Source: Alphaproteobacteria bacterium
Lineage (GTDB): Bacteria; Pseudomonadota; Alphaproteobacteria; SMXQ01
Reading direction: 5' to 3'
Assembly: GCA_050485485.1 (NCBI GenBank)
Contig: JBJHBM010000001.1
Coordinates: 41,037 to 105,036, forward strand
DNA length: 64,000 nt
Below are positions 9,900 through 19,707 of this stretch, in pieces. The notes beneath the pieces were generated by a model. It was given only the letters and a program-made list of their open reading frames with translations. It searched no databases and had not been told where the DNA came from. Each line of letters begins with the position of its first letter. Within the stretch, counting starts at the first letter, position 1. The position numbers and the translations under genes were made by a program.

Positions 9900-10772
9900 A
9901 TGGACGGGATTACGCTCGCCGGGAAAGCTGCGCTCGTGACGGGCGGCAGCCGTGGCCTGGGACGCGAGATGGCTGTGGCTTTCGCACGGGCGGGTGCGGA
10001 GGGCGTCACGGTGATCGCGGCCGCGGCCTCGGACGAAAAGACCGAGGAGATCGAGGCCGAGCTGGCCGAGACGCTGCGCCTGATTGAATCGGCGGGCGGG
10101 AAAGGACTTGCGCTGCATGCCGACGTCTGCAGCCGCCGCGCCTGCATGGAGGCGGTGGGGCGCACGGAAGAGGCTTTCGGCAGCCTCGACATTCTCGTCA
10201 ACAATGCAGCCAAAAGCCCGCGGTATCACGGCGCGCGCGGCATTCCGTTCTGGGAGACGGAGCCCGAGGGTTATCGCCTCGTGATCGATACCAACGTGGT
10301 CGGCCCCTACATGATGGCCCACGCCGCCGTACCGGGCATGGTGAAGCGGGGCTGGGGCCGCGTCATCAACATCACCAAGGGTTTCGATTCGATGCACGAG
10401 GCGCACACCGGCGCCTATGGGCCGTCCAAGGCGGCGCTCGAGGCGGAATCTCTGAGTTGGGCAGAGGAACTCGCCGGTACCGGCGTCACCGTGAACACGG
10501 TCCTGCCGGGCGGGGCGGTGAACACCAAGTTCGGGCGCGGCACCCTCACGGGACGCGGCTTTCCGCCGACCGTGGTCGTGCCCTGCGCCCTGTGGCTCGC
10601 CTCGCCCCTGTCCGATGGCGTCAACGGTTGCCGGTACAATGCCGCCGAATGGGACGCGAGTCTTTCGCCCGACGCGGCCGCCGAAGCCTGCCGCGAAGTG
10701 GCGCTTTTTCCGAAACCTGCCAAGGAGACCAAGCTCGATCGGGCTTGGCAGGTGCCGCGCCGTGCGCGGTGA
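9900..10772 (+). CDS. Short-chain dehydrogenase/reductase
   Basis: TGGSRGLG, LVNNA and YGPSK (YxxxK-like) motifs. Confidence 0.88.
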   Translation: MDGITLAGKAALVTGGSRGLGREMAVAFARAGAEGVTVIAAAASDEKTEEIEAELAETLRLIESAGGKGLALHADVCSRRACMEAVGRTEEAFGSLDILVNNAAKSPRYHGARGIPFWETEPEGYRLVIDTNVVGPYMMAHAAVPGMVKRGWGRVINITKGFDSMHEAHTGAYGPSKAALEAESLSWAEELAGTGVTVNTVLPGGAVNTKFGRGTLTGRGFPPTVVVPCALWLASPLSDGVNGCRYNAAEWDASLSPDAAAEACREVALFPKPAKETKLDRAWQVPRRAR

Positions 10773-10876
10773 GCAGCGCGGCGCCGAGGTGCCGTACCAT
10801 CCGGCATAGTCGAAAACAGTGTGGCGCCTGCGGCGGTAGGGACCGGCCGTAGCCGTTTCGCGAAAAGGGGGAGCGT

Positions 10877-12865
10877 ATGTACGAGTTGGACAGCATCCTG
10901 CAGGGGTTCGCCGGCATCCTGCATTGGAAGCCGCTGATGCTGATGATCATCGCGGTCGTGCTTTCCAGCGTCTTCGCGGCGATGCCGGGGGTGGGTTCGT
11001 CGACGCTGCTCGCTATGTCGCTGCCGTTCGCCATGACGCTCGGGCCGTACGAGTGCATTGCGCTGCTGCTCGGCATCACCATCATTTCCAATACCGCCAA
11101 TACGTTCCCTTCCGTTCTGATCGCGGTGCCGGGCGGGTCCGGCTCCCAGGCCACCATCGTCGACGGCCATCCGATGGCGAGGAACGGCGAGGCCAACCGC
11201 GCCTTCGGCGCGGCTTTCACGGCATCGCTGCTGGGCGGGCTGATCGGTGGCGCCATGTTCTTCCTCGCGCTTCCGGTCATGACGCCGCTGGTGCTGATGC
11301 TGGGCTCGCCGGAACTCCTGATGCTGGTGCTGTGGGGGTTGTCGGCGGTTGCGGTCCTGTCGGGCAAGACCCCCATCAAGGGCCTGATGGCTGCGGTGTT
11401 CGGGCTGGCCGTGGCGATGATCGGCACCGAGATGCGGACCGGTATCGACCGCTTCACCTTCGGCGGCTACTACCTATGGGACGGTGTCCATATCGCCATC
11501 ATCGGCCTCGGCCTGTTCGGCATCCCCGAGCTGATCGACCTGTCGGTACGGCGTTCCTCGATCTCGCAGACCGGCTCTCTCGGCAGCGGCCTGTTTCAGG
11601 GCGTTAAGGACGCTTTCCGTCACTGGTGGCTGGTGCTGCGCTGCTCGGTGATCGGCATCTGGGTCGGCATGCTGCCGGGTCTGGGCTCGTCGGTCGCGGA
11701 CTGGTTCGCCTATGCGCACGCGGTGCAGACCGAGAAGAATCGCGAGAAGTTCGGCAAGGGCGACGTGCGCGGCGTGATCGCGCCGGAGAGCTCCAACAAC
11801 GCGAAGGAGGGCGGGGCGCTGATCCCGACCATGTTCTTCGGCATTCCGGGCTCGTCCTCGCTCGCGCTGGTGCTGGTGGCTTTCGCGGCCGTCGGCATTT
11901 CGCCCGGCGAGCGGATGATCGGTTCCGACAAGCACCTGCTCTTCGCCATGATCGCGGTGGTGGTGCTGGCGAACATAGTGGCGACGGTCCTGTCGATGGG
12001 ACTTGCCGGCACCTTCGCGCGGGTTTCGATCCTGCCCTTCTACATCATCGTGCCGATGACGCTGATCTTCACCATCGCGGCGGCCTACGGAGTCAGCTTC
12101 ACCTATCAGGACCTGATGGCGCTGGTGGTGTTCTCCTTCATCGGGTTCTTCATGCGACGTTACGGCTGGCCGAGGCCGCCCGTTCTGGTGGCCGTGGTGC
12201 TGGGACCGCAGCTCCAGACCTACCTGTGGCTGTCGATGGACCGCTACGGGCTGGAGTGGATGACCTTCCCGGGCGTCATCATCATTTTCGCGGTGATCGT
12301 CGCCACGATTTTCCTGCCGATGTGGAAGAACCGCAAAACCGAAAAGATGGCCATGGACTACTACATGGATTACGACAAGCCGAAGATGCAGTCGGTGGGG
12401 GGCGTGGTCTTTACGCTCCTGTTCCTGGGCGTGCTGGTCTATGGCCTGATCTCGGCCCTCGAGTGGCCGCTGCGCGCGTCCATCGACGTCTATTTCGTCG
12501 CCGCCATCGGTATCGTGCTGGTGACGCTGCAGCTCGCGCTCGACGGCTGGCGCTACTGGCGCAACCCCAGCTCGATCGAGACTCCGATCACCGGCACCAA
12601 GCTGACCCGCTATTATTTCGAGGCGGCGGGCTGGATCGCGGCGATCCTGGTGCTGATCGTGCTGATCGGCTTCCACCTGAGCTTCCTGCTGGTGCCGATC
12701 GCCTATGCGCGAATCTACGGCGCCAACTGGCGCGTCGCGCTCACGATGGGCGCGCTGGCGGAGGCGGTGCTGATCGGCCTGTTCGACACCGTGATCCGGG
12801 TGGTGTGGCCCGCGCCGCTGTTGCTGCCCGATCTTTACACGTGGGTGGATTATCTTTTGCCCTAG
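10877..12865 (+). CDS. Tripartite tricarboxylate transporter permease TctA with a C-terminal TctB-like extension
   Basis: VPGGSGSQAT..DGHPMA, APESSNNAKEGGALIPT..FGIPG; 662 aa with extra C-terminal TM helices. Confidence 0.85.
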   Translation: MYELDSILQGFAGILHWKPLMLMIIAVVLSSVFAAMPGVGSSTLLAMSLPFAMTLGPYECIALLLGITIISNTANTFPSVLIAVPGGSGSQATIVDGHPMARNGEANRAFGAAFTASLLGGLIGGAMFFLALPVMTPLVLMLGSPELLMLVLWGLSAVAVLSGKTPIKGLMAAVFGLAVAMIGTEMRTGIDRFTFGGYYLWDGVHIAIIGLGLFGIPELIDLSVRRSSISQTGSLGSGLFQGVKDAFRHWWLVLRCSVIGIWVGMLPGLGSSVADWFAYAHAVQTEKNREKFGKGDVRGVIAPESSNNAKEGGALIPTMFFGIPGSSSLALVLVAFAAVGISPGERMIGSDKHLLFAMIAVVVLANIVATVLSMGLAGTFARVSILPFYIIVPMTLIFTIAAAYGVSFTYQDLMALVVFSFIGFFMRRYGWPRPPVLVAVVLGPQLQTYLWLSMDRYGLEWMTFPGVIIIFAVIVATIFLPMWKNRKTEKMAMDYYMDYDKPKMQSVGGVVFTLLFLGVLVYGLISALEWPLRASIDVYFVAAIGIVLVTLQLALDGWRYWRNPSSIETPITGTKLTRYYFEAAGWIAAILVLIVLIGFHLSFLLVPIAYARIYGANWRVALTMGALAEAVLIGLFDTVIRVVWPAPLLLPDLYTWVDYLLP

Positions 12866-13015
12866 GTTGGCAAATCATTGAAATTCCGCGTTTTTGGCCG
12901 ATCTCGATTGAGATTTCTCGGTTTTTGGAAGAAAATCGAGAATAACGAAAACAGCCGGGCGGCGCGTCGTGCGACCGCATCGGCCGCAATACGGGACCGA
13001 ACCGGGAGACTGATC

Positions 13016-14362
13016 ATGCCATCCTTCTTCGCCATTCCCTTCCGCGCAGTGACGGCGGCAGGCGCCGTCCTTTGCATCGGCCTGGCCGGCACCGCAGCGT
13101 CGGCCCAGGAGATCACCTTCAAGGGCAAGCGGCTCGATGCCATCATCGGCTCGTCGCCGGGCGGCGGCACCGACGGCACCACGCGGCTGGTCGGGCGCTT
13201 CTTCGAGAAATACCTGCCGGGCAATCCCAGCATCGTCTATCGCAACATGCCCGCCGGCCGCGGCGTCCAGGCGCTCAACTATTTCTCCAAGCAGGCGAGG
13301 CGCGACGGCACCTCCTGGACCGGCGGCTCGAGCTCCTACGTCGATCCCAACAACCTGCGCAAGCCGATGATCGAATACAACCCGCTCGAGTTCGGGATTA
13401 TCGGCGGCGTGGGGCGCGGCGGTTCGGTGGTGTCCGTCCGGAGGTCCAAGATTCCCAACCTGACCGATCCTTCGAAGGAGCCGGTGATCATCGGCACCGT
13501 GGACGGCAGCCGCAGCTGGGAACAGATGCTGCTGTGGGGCAAGGACAAGCTCGACTGGAACCTCAGGTTCGTGATCGGCTATCCGGGGGCGCCCGCGCTG
13601 CTGCTGGCGGCACGGCGCGGCGAGGTGGACGCGTTCGGCACCTCGACCGAGGCGCTGCTGCGTTCGCTGCAGAAGAACAGCGACCTCGATCCCTTCATCC
13701 AGATCGGCGAGACCGCCGACGGCAAGGTGGTGCCGCGCGCGACCTTCCCCGACGTCCCCATCATGGCCGACGTGCTCGGCGACAAGCTCGCCGGAGAGGC
13801 CGGGGAAGCCTTCGACTTCTGGGTCAAGACGAACCAGATCGACAAGTGGTACGCGCTGCCGCCGGGGACGCCCCAGGAGATACTCGCGGTCTACCGCACA
13901 GCCTTCTCCAAGCTGGTGAAGGACCCCGAGTTCGACAAAATCGGCCGGCACCAGTTCGGCGAGGATTTCGCGCCCCAGACCGGCGACGAGGTTCTCGCGC
14001 TGTTCCGGGTGACTACCTATCCGAATCCGCAGATTCTGTCGTATATGGCGAAGATGGCCGAGCGCCACGGCCTGCCGGCGGAGCCGCTCTCGGACGCGGA
14101 GGTCGCCAAGCTCGCCAAGGAGCGCGGGCTGCTCAACGAGATGAAGGCCGTCTCCACGCTCGATGCGGTCAACAACGACGGCCGCGAGTTGCTGTTCAAG
14201 GCCGACGACGGCAGCCAGCACAAGGTCGAGGTGTCGGGCAACCGCACCAAGGTGGTGGTGGCCGGTAAGGAGAGCAAGCGCGGCGACCTCAAGATGGGGA
14301 TGTCGTGCGAGATCTCGTACGCCGGCAACAACACCGAGGCGAGCGCGGTGGTCTGCAAGTAG
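13016..14362 (+). CDS. TctC/Bug-family substrate-binding protein with an extra C-terminal beta-rich domain
   Basis: Signal peptide; GSSPGGGTDGTTR, NMPAGRG and AARRGEVD; ~80-aa tail ending GMSCEISY...VVCK. Confidence 0.8.
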   Translation: MPSFFAIPFRAVTAAGAVLCIGLAGTAASAQEITFKGKRLDAIIGSSPGGGTDGTTRLVGRFFEKYLPGNPSIVYRNMPAGRGVQALNYFSKQARRDGTSWTGGSSSYVDPNNLRKPMIEYNPLEFGIIGGVGRGGSVVSVRRSKIPNLTDPSKEPVIIGTVDGSRSWEQMLLWGKDKLDWNLRFVIGYPGAPALLLAARRGEVDAFGTSTEALLRSLQKNSDLDPFIQIGETADGKVVPRATFPDVPIMADVLGDKLAGEAGEAFDFWVKTNQIDKWYALPPGTPQEILAVYRTAFSKLVKDPEFDKIGRHQFGEDFAPQTGDEVLALFRVTTYPNPQILSYMAKMAERHGLPAEPLSDAEVAKLAKERGLLNEMKAVSTLDAVNNDGRELLFKADDGSQHKVEVSGNRTKVVVAGKESKRGDLKMGMSCEISYAGNNTEASAVVCK

Positions 14363-14414
14363 TAGGGCCCGGCCGGGCATAGGATTTCACAACAGAAAGT
14401 CAGGGAGAACGCCC

Positions 14415-15407
14415 TTGGATCGCATTCATTTTCCGTACCGTTCGTCGAGCCACCTCGCGCTCATGCACGTCGTCCAGGAATCGGGCGCATGGGAGCGCCA
14501 CGGCCTCGACGTGGAGTTCGACAAGATCATCAGCCGGGGCGACGCCCACGACCTGGTGCCGACCGGCGAGGTGGAGTTCGTGTCCGGCAATCACGTCTCC
14601 ACCTACGCGGCCCGCGCGCGCGGCGATACCTGGGTCTATCTCGGCCAGACCGTGAGCCGCAACAACATCAAGCTGGTGACGCGCAACGACACCGGCATCG
14701 AGAAGCTCGAGGACGTGCGGCACCGCAAGTTCGGCTCGCGCGGCCGCCACCCGGGCCTCAACACCTGGCTCTACCTCAGGCAGGCCGGCCTCGACCCGGA
14801 CACCGACCAGGTCGAGCTGGTGCGCGAGGTGCGCACCGAGCTGCCCGACGGCACCAAGCAGATCAACCGCAAGACCATGATGGATATGGTCAAGGACGGC
14901 GACGTCGACGCCTGCTTCATGAGCATGCCGCGCATCGAGTTCGCGCTCCGCGAGGGTCTCAAGGTCATCGACATCCCGCCGCAGCCGATGGTGTTCTTCA
15001 TGACCATGTCGTCCTCAAAGAAGATGGTGGACGAGCATCCGGACATCGTGACCCGCAACCTCAAGGCGGTCCTGGAGGGCATCGCGTTCTTCAAGCAGAA
15101 CCGCGAGAAGACCATCCAGATCCTGATGGAGAAGCACGTCAAGGAAGGCAAGCTCGACCGCAAGGCCGCCGAGAAGCTCTACGACGACCTCGCGCCGATC
15201 CTGGAGCCTCGCCTCTATCCCGGCCTCGACGCCATCAACAACGTCTACCAGGAGGCGCTCAAGCAGGACGAGAAGAACGGCGATGCCGCGCGCATCCATC
15301 CGCTCGCGCTGTGGGACTTCCACTTCCTGCGCGAGATCGACGATTCGGGCTTCATCGAGGCGCTCTACAAGGACCATCCGGAGATGCTGGAGAACCACGG
15401 CGGCTGA
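14415..15407 (+). CDS. NMT1/THI5/SsuA-like periplasmic-binding-fold protein with no evident signal peptide
   Basis: TTG start after GGGAG; GLDVEFD, GDVDA, EHPDIV...LKAVLEGIAFFK and DFHFLREIDDSGFI patterns. Confidence 0.7.
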   Translation: MDRIHFPYRSSSHLALMHVVQESGAWERHGLDVEFDKIISRGDAHDLVPTGEVEFVSGNHVSTYAARARGDTWVYLGQTVSRNNIKLVTRNDTGIEKLEDVRHRKFGSRGRHPGLNTWLYLRQAGLDPDTDQVELVREVRTELPDGTKQINRKTMMDMVKDGDVDACFMSMPRIEFALREGLKVIDIPPQPMVFFMTMSSSKKMVDEHPDIVTRNLKAVLEGIAFFKQNREKTIQILMEKHVKEGKLDRKAAEKLYDDLAPILEPRLYPGLDAINNVYQEALKQDEKNGDAARIHPLALWDFHFLREIDDSGFIEALYKDHPEMLENHGG

Positions 15408-15423
15408 CGCGCGGCTCTCCACC

Positions 15424-15466
15424 CGACGAGAAAGGGCGGCCCCCCGGGGCCGCCCTTTTTTCGTCG
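15424..15466. terminator. Bidirectional rho-independent terminator
   Basis: AAAGGGCGGCCCC/GGGGCCGCCCTTTTTT hairpin between convergent genes. Confidence 0.8.
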
Positions 15467-15495
15467 CCCGCCCGCGCGGCCGGAGAGGAAGGGCT

Positions 15496-16626
15496 TCAGT
15501 TGCCGCCCGGCAGCGCGGACTCGTCCATGAACTCGCCCATGCGGCACCGCACGCCGTGCTTCGCGAGCTCGGCGAGGAAGGTGCGGTGGATCTCGGGCGA
15601 CTGGTCCTCGTACTCGATCTGGAACCCGCCTTCCTCCTTGACCGAGACGTCCACGCCCAGCTTGAGGGCGCGCTTCTCGGCGGTGAAGGGGTAGCGCGTC
15701 GAGCCCATCGCGGTCGCGAAGTAGCGCACCGGCTCCGGCGCGGTGTTGAAGTGCTGGTGGAAGATCATGTCGGGCGGCGCGAATACCGAGCCGTGGGCCC
15801 AGTCGTAGCGCCGCATTTCGGTCTCGCCTTCGTACCAGAACAGCGAATAGCCGTGGCCCGAGACGATATGGACGTGGAAGTCGGGCGGGTGCCGGTGCGC
15901 CTTCTTGTAGGTGCCGACCCCCATCTCCGAGACGTGGGTATGGATCACCCCGTCCGCCATGCAGAACTGGATGTTGGACGAGCCCGCCCCGCGCGAATTC
16001 CACTTGCGCAGCTCGAACGTGGTGACGTCGGGGATGAAGTTGGTCTCCCACATCTGACGGCCCTTCTGGGCCGGGACGTACTCCCCTTCGCCCGCGTACC
16101 AGCCGGGATCTCGCCCCTCGCGCGCGGGGAACCGCCGCGGGTTGCCGAAGATGAAGCTCTCGCGGTGGAACAGGTTCATGGTGACGGGCAGCGTGTTGGT
16201 GGAGGCGAAGCGCGCGCGCTCGGCGCCCGAGCCGTTGAACAGCTGGTACTTGGCGTTGAGCGGCACGGAGAAGATCGAGTTCGGCCCCCATTCGAAGCTA
16301 TGGCGCCGCCCGTCGTGGGTCTCGACGGCCGCGCTGCCGTGGCCTTCCAGCACCAGGATCACCTCCTCGAACAGGTGCTGCATCGGCGCGCTCTTGGCGC
16401 CGGGCGCGAGCTCGTAGAGGAAGATCGAGATGAAGTCGCCGCGCCCCTTGAGGTGGACCGCCGCACCGTCCATGCCGAAGCGCGGCCAGCGCCCGACCGG
16501 CAGCTCGTGCAGGTTGACACAGAAGTCGTCGTGGACCGGCACGCCTTCCTCCGCCAGCCAATCGAGGTACGGGTCGATCAGGTAGCGCAGCTCGGCGTTG
16601 GTCTTGGTGCCTTCGAGATAATCCAT
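15496..16626 (-). CDS. Uncharacterised bicupin, paralog 1 of 7
   Basis: DPYLDW, FEWGP, WETNFIPD, YKKAHRH, FHQHFN, QIEYEDQ. Confidence 0.8.
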   Translation of the reverse strand: MDYLEGTKTNAELRYLIDPYLDWLAEEGVPVHDDFCVNLHELPVGRWPRFGMDGAAVHLKGRGDFISIFLYELAPGAKSAPMQHLFEEVILVLEGHGSAAVETHDGRRHSFEWGPNSIFSVPLNAKYQLFNGSGAERARFASTNTLPVTMNLFHRESFIFGNPRRFPAREGRDPGWYAGEGEYVPAQKGRQMWETNFIPDVTTFELRKWNSRGAGSSNIQFCMADGVIHTHVSEMGVGTYKKAHRHPPDFHVHIVSGHGYSLFWYEGETEMRRYDWAHGSVFAPPDMIFHQHFNTAPEPVRYFATAMGSTRYPFTAEKRALKLGVDVSVKEEGGFQIEYEDQSPEIHRTFLAELAKHGVRCRMGEFMDESALPGGN

Positions 16627-16633
16627 CCTTGTC

Positions 16634-17779
16634 CTACTCCGCCGGAATCTTGCCGAGGATACCGCCCTCGTCGAAATACTTGCCCATCTTCGACTTGACG
16701 CCGGTCCGCGCGATCTCGTCGAGCCACAGCGCATGGATGCGCGGGTCCTGGTCCTCGTACTCGATCTGGCGCCCGCCCTGCTTGATCGACACGTCGGAGC
16801 GGTTGCCCTCGGAGCCGATGCGCCGTTTGTGGATCACCGGATAGCGTTTGGAGCCGAGCCCCACCGCGAGGTAGCGGGCGGGCTCGGGGCTGGTGTCGAA
16901 GTGCTGGTGGAACATGCCGTCGGGCGGCGCGAAGATCATGCCGTGGCGCCAGTCCACCCGGACGAAGTCCTCGTCGCCCTCGTACCACAGCAGGGAATAG
17001 CCCTCGCCGTGGACGATGAAGATATGCAGGCCTGCGCCGTGGCGGTGGCCCTTCTTGTAGGTGCCGACCGGCATCTCCGAGATATGCGCGCCGATCACGC
17101 CGTCGGCGAGGATGAACTGCATGTTGGCCGATCCCGCGCCGCGCGCCTCCCACGGCTTGAGCGCGAAGGAGGAGAGGTCGGGCACGAAGTTGGTCTCCCA
17201 CAGCACGCGGCCGGGGCGGATCGCCGTCATCTCGCCCTCGCCCGAGAACCACGCCTCCTGCGCCTCGCGCTCGGCGAACCATTCGGGGTTCTCGAACACG
17301 AAATCGGTGTCGTGGTAGAGGTTGAGCACCATGCAGGCGGTGTTGGTGGAGGCGAGCCGCGCGGGCTCGCTGCCGGAGCCGTTGAACAGGCGGTAGGGGG
17401 CGTTGAGCGGCAGCGCGAACAGGCTCTTGGGGCCCCATTCGAAGGTATGGGTGCGACCGTCCGAGGTCTGCACCTGGGTCGAGCCGTGGCCGGAGAGGAC
17501 GTAGTAGGTGTCCTCGTAGAGGTGGCGCTGCACCGCGGTCGAGCCGCCCGGCGCCAGGTCGAACAGGAAGGCGGAGCAGTAGTTCCCGCGCCCCTTGAGG
17601 TTGACGATCGCGCCACGGCAGTCGAATCGGGCCCATGGCGCCGTCTCCACGGCAAGCAGGTCCACGCCGAAGTCCTCGATCACCGGCACGCCTTCGCCGT
17701 CCGCCCATTCCAGGTAGGGGTCCACCAGCACGCGGTCGCGGCGGTACTGGGCGATATCCTCCGGGGTAAGCTTGGACAT
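16634..17779 (-). CDS. Uncharacterised bicupin, paralog 2 of 7
   Basis: DPYLEW, FEWGP, WETNFVPD, YKKGHRH, FHQHFD, QIEYEDQDPRIH. Confidence 0.8.
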   Translation of the reverse strand: MSKLTPEDIAQYRRDRVLVDPYLEWADGEGVPVIEDFGVDLLAVETAPWARFDCRGAIVNLKGRGNYCSAFLFDLAPGGSTAVQRHLYEDTYYVLSGHGSTQVQTSDGRTHTFEWGPKSLFALPLNAPYRLFNGSGSEPARLASTNTACMVLNLYHDTDFVFENPEWFAEREAQEAWFSGEGEMTAIRPGRVLWETNFVPDLSSFALKPWEARGAGSANMQFILADGVIGAHISEMPVGTYKKGHRHGAGLHIFIVHGEGYSLLWYEGDEDFVRVDWRHGMIFAPPDGMFHQHFDTSPEPARYLAVGLGSKRYPVIHKRRIGSEGNRSDVSIKQGGRQIEYEDQDPRIHALWLDEIARTGVKSKMGKYFDEGGILGKIPAE

Positions 17780-17806
17780 GGTACCTCCCTGCGGTGCGGC
17801 GCGGCC

Positions 17807-18922
17807 CTAGCGGGCCTCCGCTACGATTTTCGTCTCGTCGAAATACTTGCCCATGCGCGACGCGACGCCGGTGCGGGCGAGCTCCCGCAGGAACATGGGA
17901 TGGATGCGCGGGTCCTGATCCTCGTACTCGATCTGCCAGCCGCCTTCCTTGGCGCTCTTGAGGGCGTCGGTCTTGCGCGCGCGCTTCTGGTTGGTGATCG
18001 GGTAGCGGTGGGAGCCGAGCGACACGGCGAGGTAGCGCGCGGGCTCCGGCGCGGTGTTGAAATGCTGGTGGAACATCTTGTCGGGTGGCGCGAACACCCA
18101 GCCATGACGCCATTCGTGCCGGACGAAGTCCGCGTCGCCCTCGTACCACAGCAGGCTGAAGCCCTCGCCGGTGACGGCGAACACGTGCGCGCCCGGCCCG
18201 TGCTTGTGGCCCTTCTTGTAGGTGCCGACCGCCATCTCGGAGGAATGGGCGTGCATCGCGCTGTCGGCGAGGATCAGCTTGAGATTGCGCGATCCCGCGC
18301 CGCGCGCCTCCCACTCCTTGAGGGCGAAGCCGGCGAGGTCGGGCACGAAGTTGGTTTCCCACATGTGGGAGCCGGGCCTGATCTCGATCATCTCGCCCTC
18401 GCCGCCGTACCATTCGTCGCGCCCGAACCGCCCCCGGAAGTCGTGCGTGCAGCCGAAGATGAAGCTCTCGTCGTGAAACACGTTCATCAGCAGCGGCAGG
18501 TTGTTGCCGGACGCGAGGCGGGCGGGCTCGCGGCCGGAGCCGTTGTGCAGCCGGTAGGCGCTGTTGAGCGGCGGCGCGAACAGCGAGCGCGGCCCCCATT
18601 CGAAGCTGTGCTCGCGACCGTCGGGCAGGGTGACGGTGGTGGAACCGTGGCCGGACAGGACGTAGATCACCTCGTCGTAGAGGTGGCGCATCGGCGCGCT
18701 GCTGGTGCCGGCCGGCAGTTCCAGGCACTGCACCGCGACGAAGTCGCCGCGCCCGACCAGATGGGCGAAGGCGCCGCGGATGCCGAAGCGGTCCCACGGC
18801 GCCGTCTCGACCGCCAGAAGGTCGATGGCGAAGTCCTCCACGACCGGGACGCCTTCCGACTTGCAGAAGTCGAGATAGGGATCGAGGAGGAACTTCTTGT
18901 CCCGGTCGGGAGAAACGCTCAT
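17807..18922 (-). CDS. Uncharacterised bicupin, paralog 3 of 7
   Basis: DPYLDF, FEWGP, WETNFVPD, YKKGHKH, FHQHFN, QIEYEDQDPRIH. Confidence 0.8.
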   Translation of the reverse strand: MSVSPDRDKKFLLDPYLDFCKSEGVPVVEDFAIDLLAVETAPWDRFGIRGAFAHLVGRGDFVAVQCLELPAGTSSAPMRHLYDEVIYVLSGHGSTTVTLPDGREHSFEWGPRSLFAPPLNSAYRLHNGSGREPARLASGNNLPLLMNVFHDESFIFGCTHDFRGRFGRDEWYGGEGEMIEIRPGSHMWETNFVPDLAGFALKEWEARGAGSRNLKLILADSAMHAHSSEMAVGTYKKGHKHGPGAHVFAVTGEGFSLLWYEGDADFVRHEWRHGWVFAPPDKMFHQHFNTAPEPARYLAVSLGSHRYPITNQKRARKTDALKSAKEGGWQIEYEDQDPRIHPMFLRELARTGVASRMGKYFDETKIVAEAR

Positions 18923-18938
18923 GGCCCGTGCCTGGTCC

Positions 18939-19679
18939 TCAGGCCTTGGGCCCGGGAAGCTGCTCCATCAGGCTGCACAGCACGCCCTTCCAGGCGCGGT
19001 CCAGCGCCCAGCTCTCGCTCAGCCCTTCCATGACGAGATCGAGCTTGGCGGTCGTGTCGCAGTGGCGCTCGACGACCTTGTGCAGCAGGCTGGCATGCTC
19101 CACGTCCACCTCGGCATGCTCGAGGGCGTTGATCTGCTTGTGGAAGGGGATGCCGAGCTCCTTCTCCTGCTTCTTGCCCCAGCGGTAGGACATGCCGCCG
19201 TTGTCGAGCCATTCCGAGGAGTTGGAAACCTCGAGCGCCACGCAGGCGCCGAACGCCTTGAGCCACGCGCTGTCCTTGACCAGATGGATCCAGGCATAGA
19301 TGCAGGTGAGGGTCTCGTCGGCCGGCTTCTCCTTTTCGAAGTCGGTGCGGGTGAGGCCGATGGTGGCGGCCTGGCGCACCTGCAGCGAGTAGTGATCCTC
19401 GACGCCGCGCTTCTCGTTGCCCTGCAGCTCGTCCAGCTCGTGCTCCCAGATCAGCGCCTTTACGTCCATCGGCGCGAGCCCCTGGCAGAACGCCCAGCAG
19501 TCGCGGCGGTTCAGGTTCCAGAAGCCTTTCTGCAGGACATAGCGCTGCGCGCGTTCCTTGGTGAGGGGCAAGGCGAGGATACGCTTGTACTGCGGCGATT
19601 CGAACTGGGCGTTGGCGAGACGCCGGACCTCGGCATAAAACTCCTTGCGGAGCTTGTTGACGTCGATTGCGGTAGCCAT
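18939..19679 (-). CDS. Heme-oxygenase-like diiron protein (CADD/PqqC/TenA superfamily)
   Basis: Helical protein of ~246 aa with E-rich ELDELQG...EDH, ALEVS and HAEVDVEH (H-x3-D-x2-H) ligand pattern. Confidence 0.72.
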   Translation of the reverse strand: MATAIDVNKLRKEFYAEVRRLANAQFESPQYKRILALPLTKERAQRYVLQKGFWNLNRRDCWAFCQGLAPMDVKALIWEHELDELQGNEKRGVEDHYSLQVRQAATIGLTRTDFEKEKPADETLTCIYAWIHLVKDSAWLKAFGACVALEVSNSSEWLDNGGMSYRWGKKQEKELGIPFHKQINALEHAEVDVEHASLLHKVVERHCDTTAKLDLVMEGLSESWALDRAWKGVLCSLMEQLPGPKA

Positions 19680-19707
19680 GGCTTCCTCTCCTTGGAAAAC
19701 GGACTGG

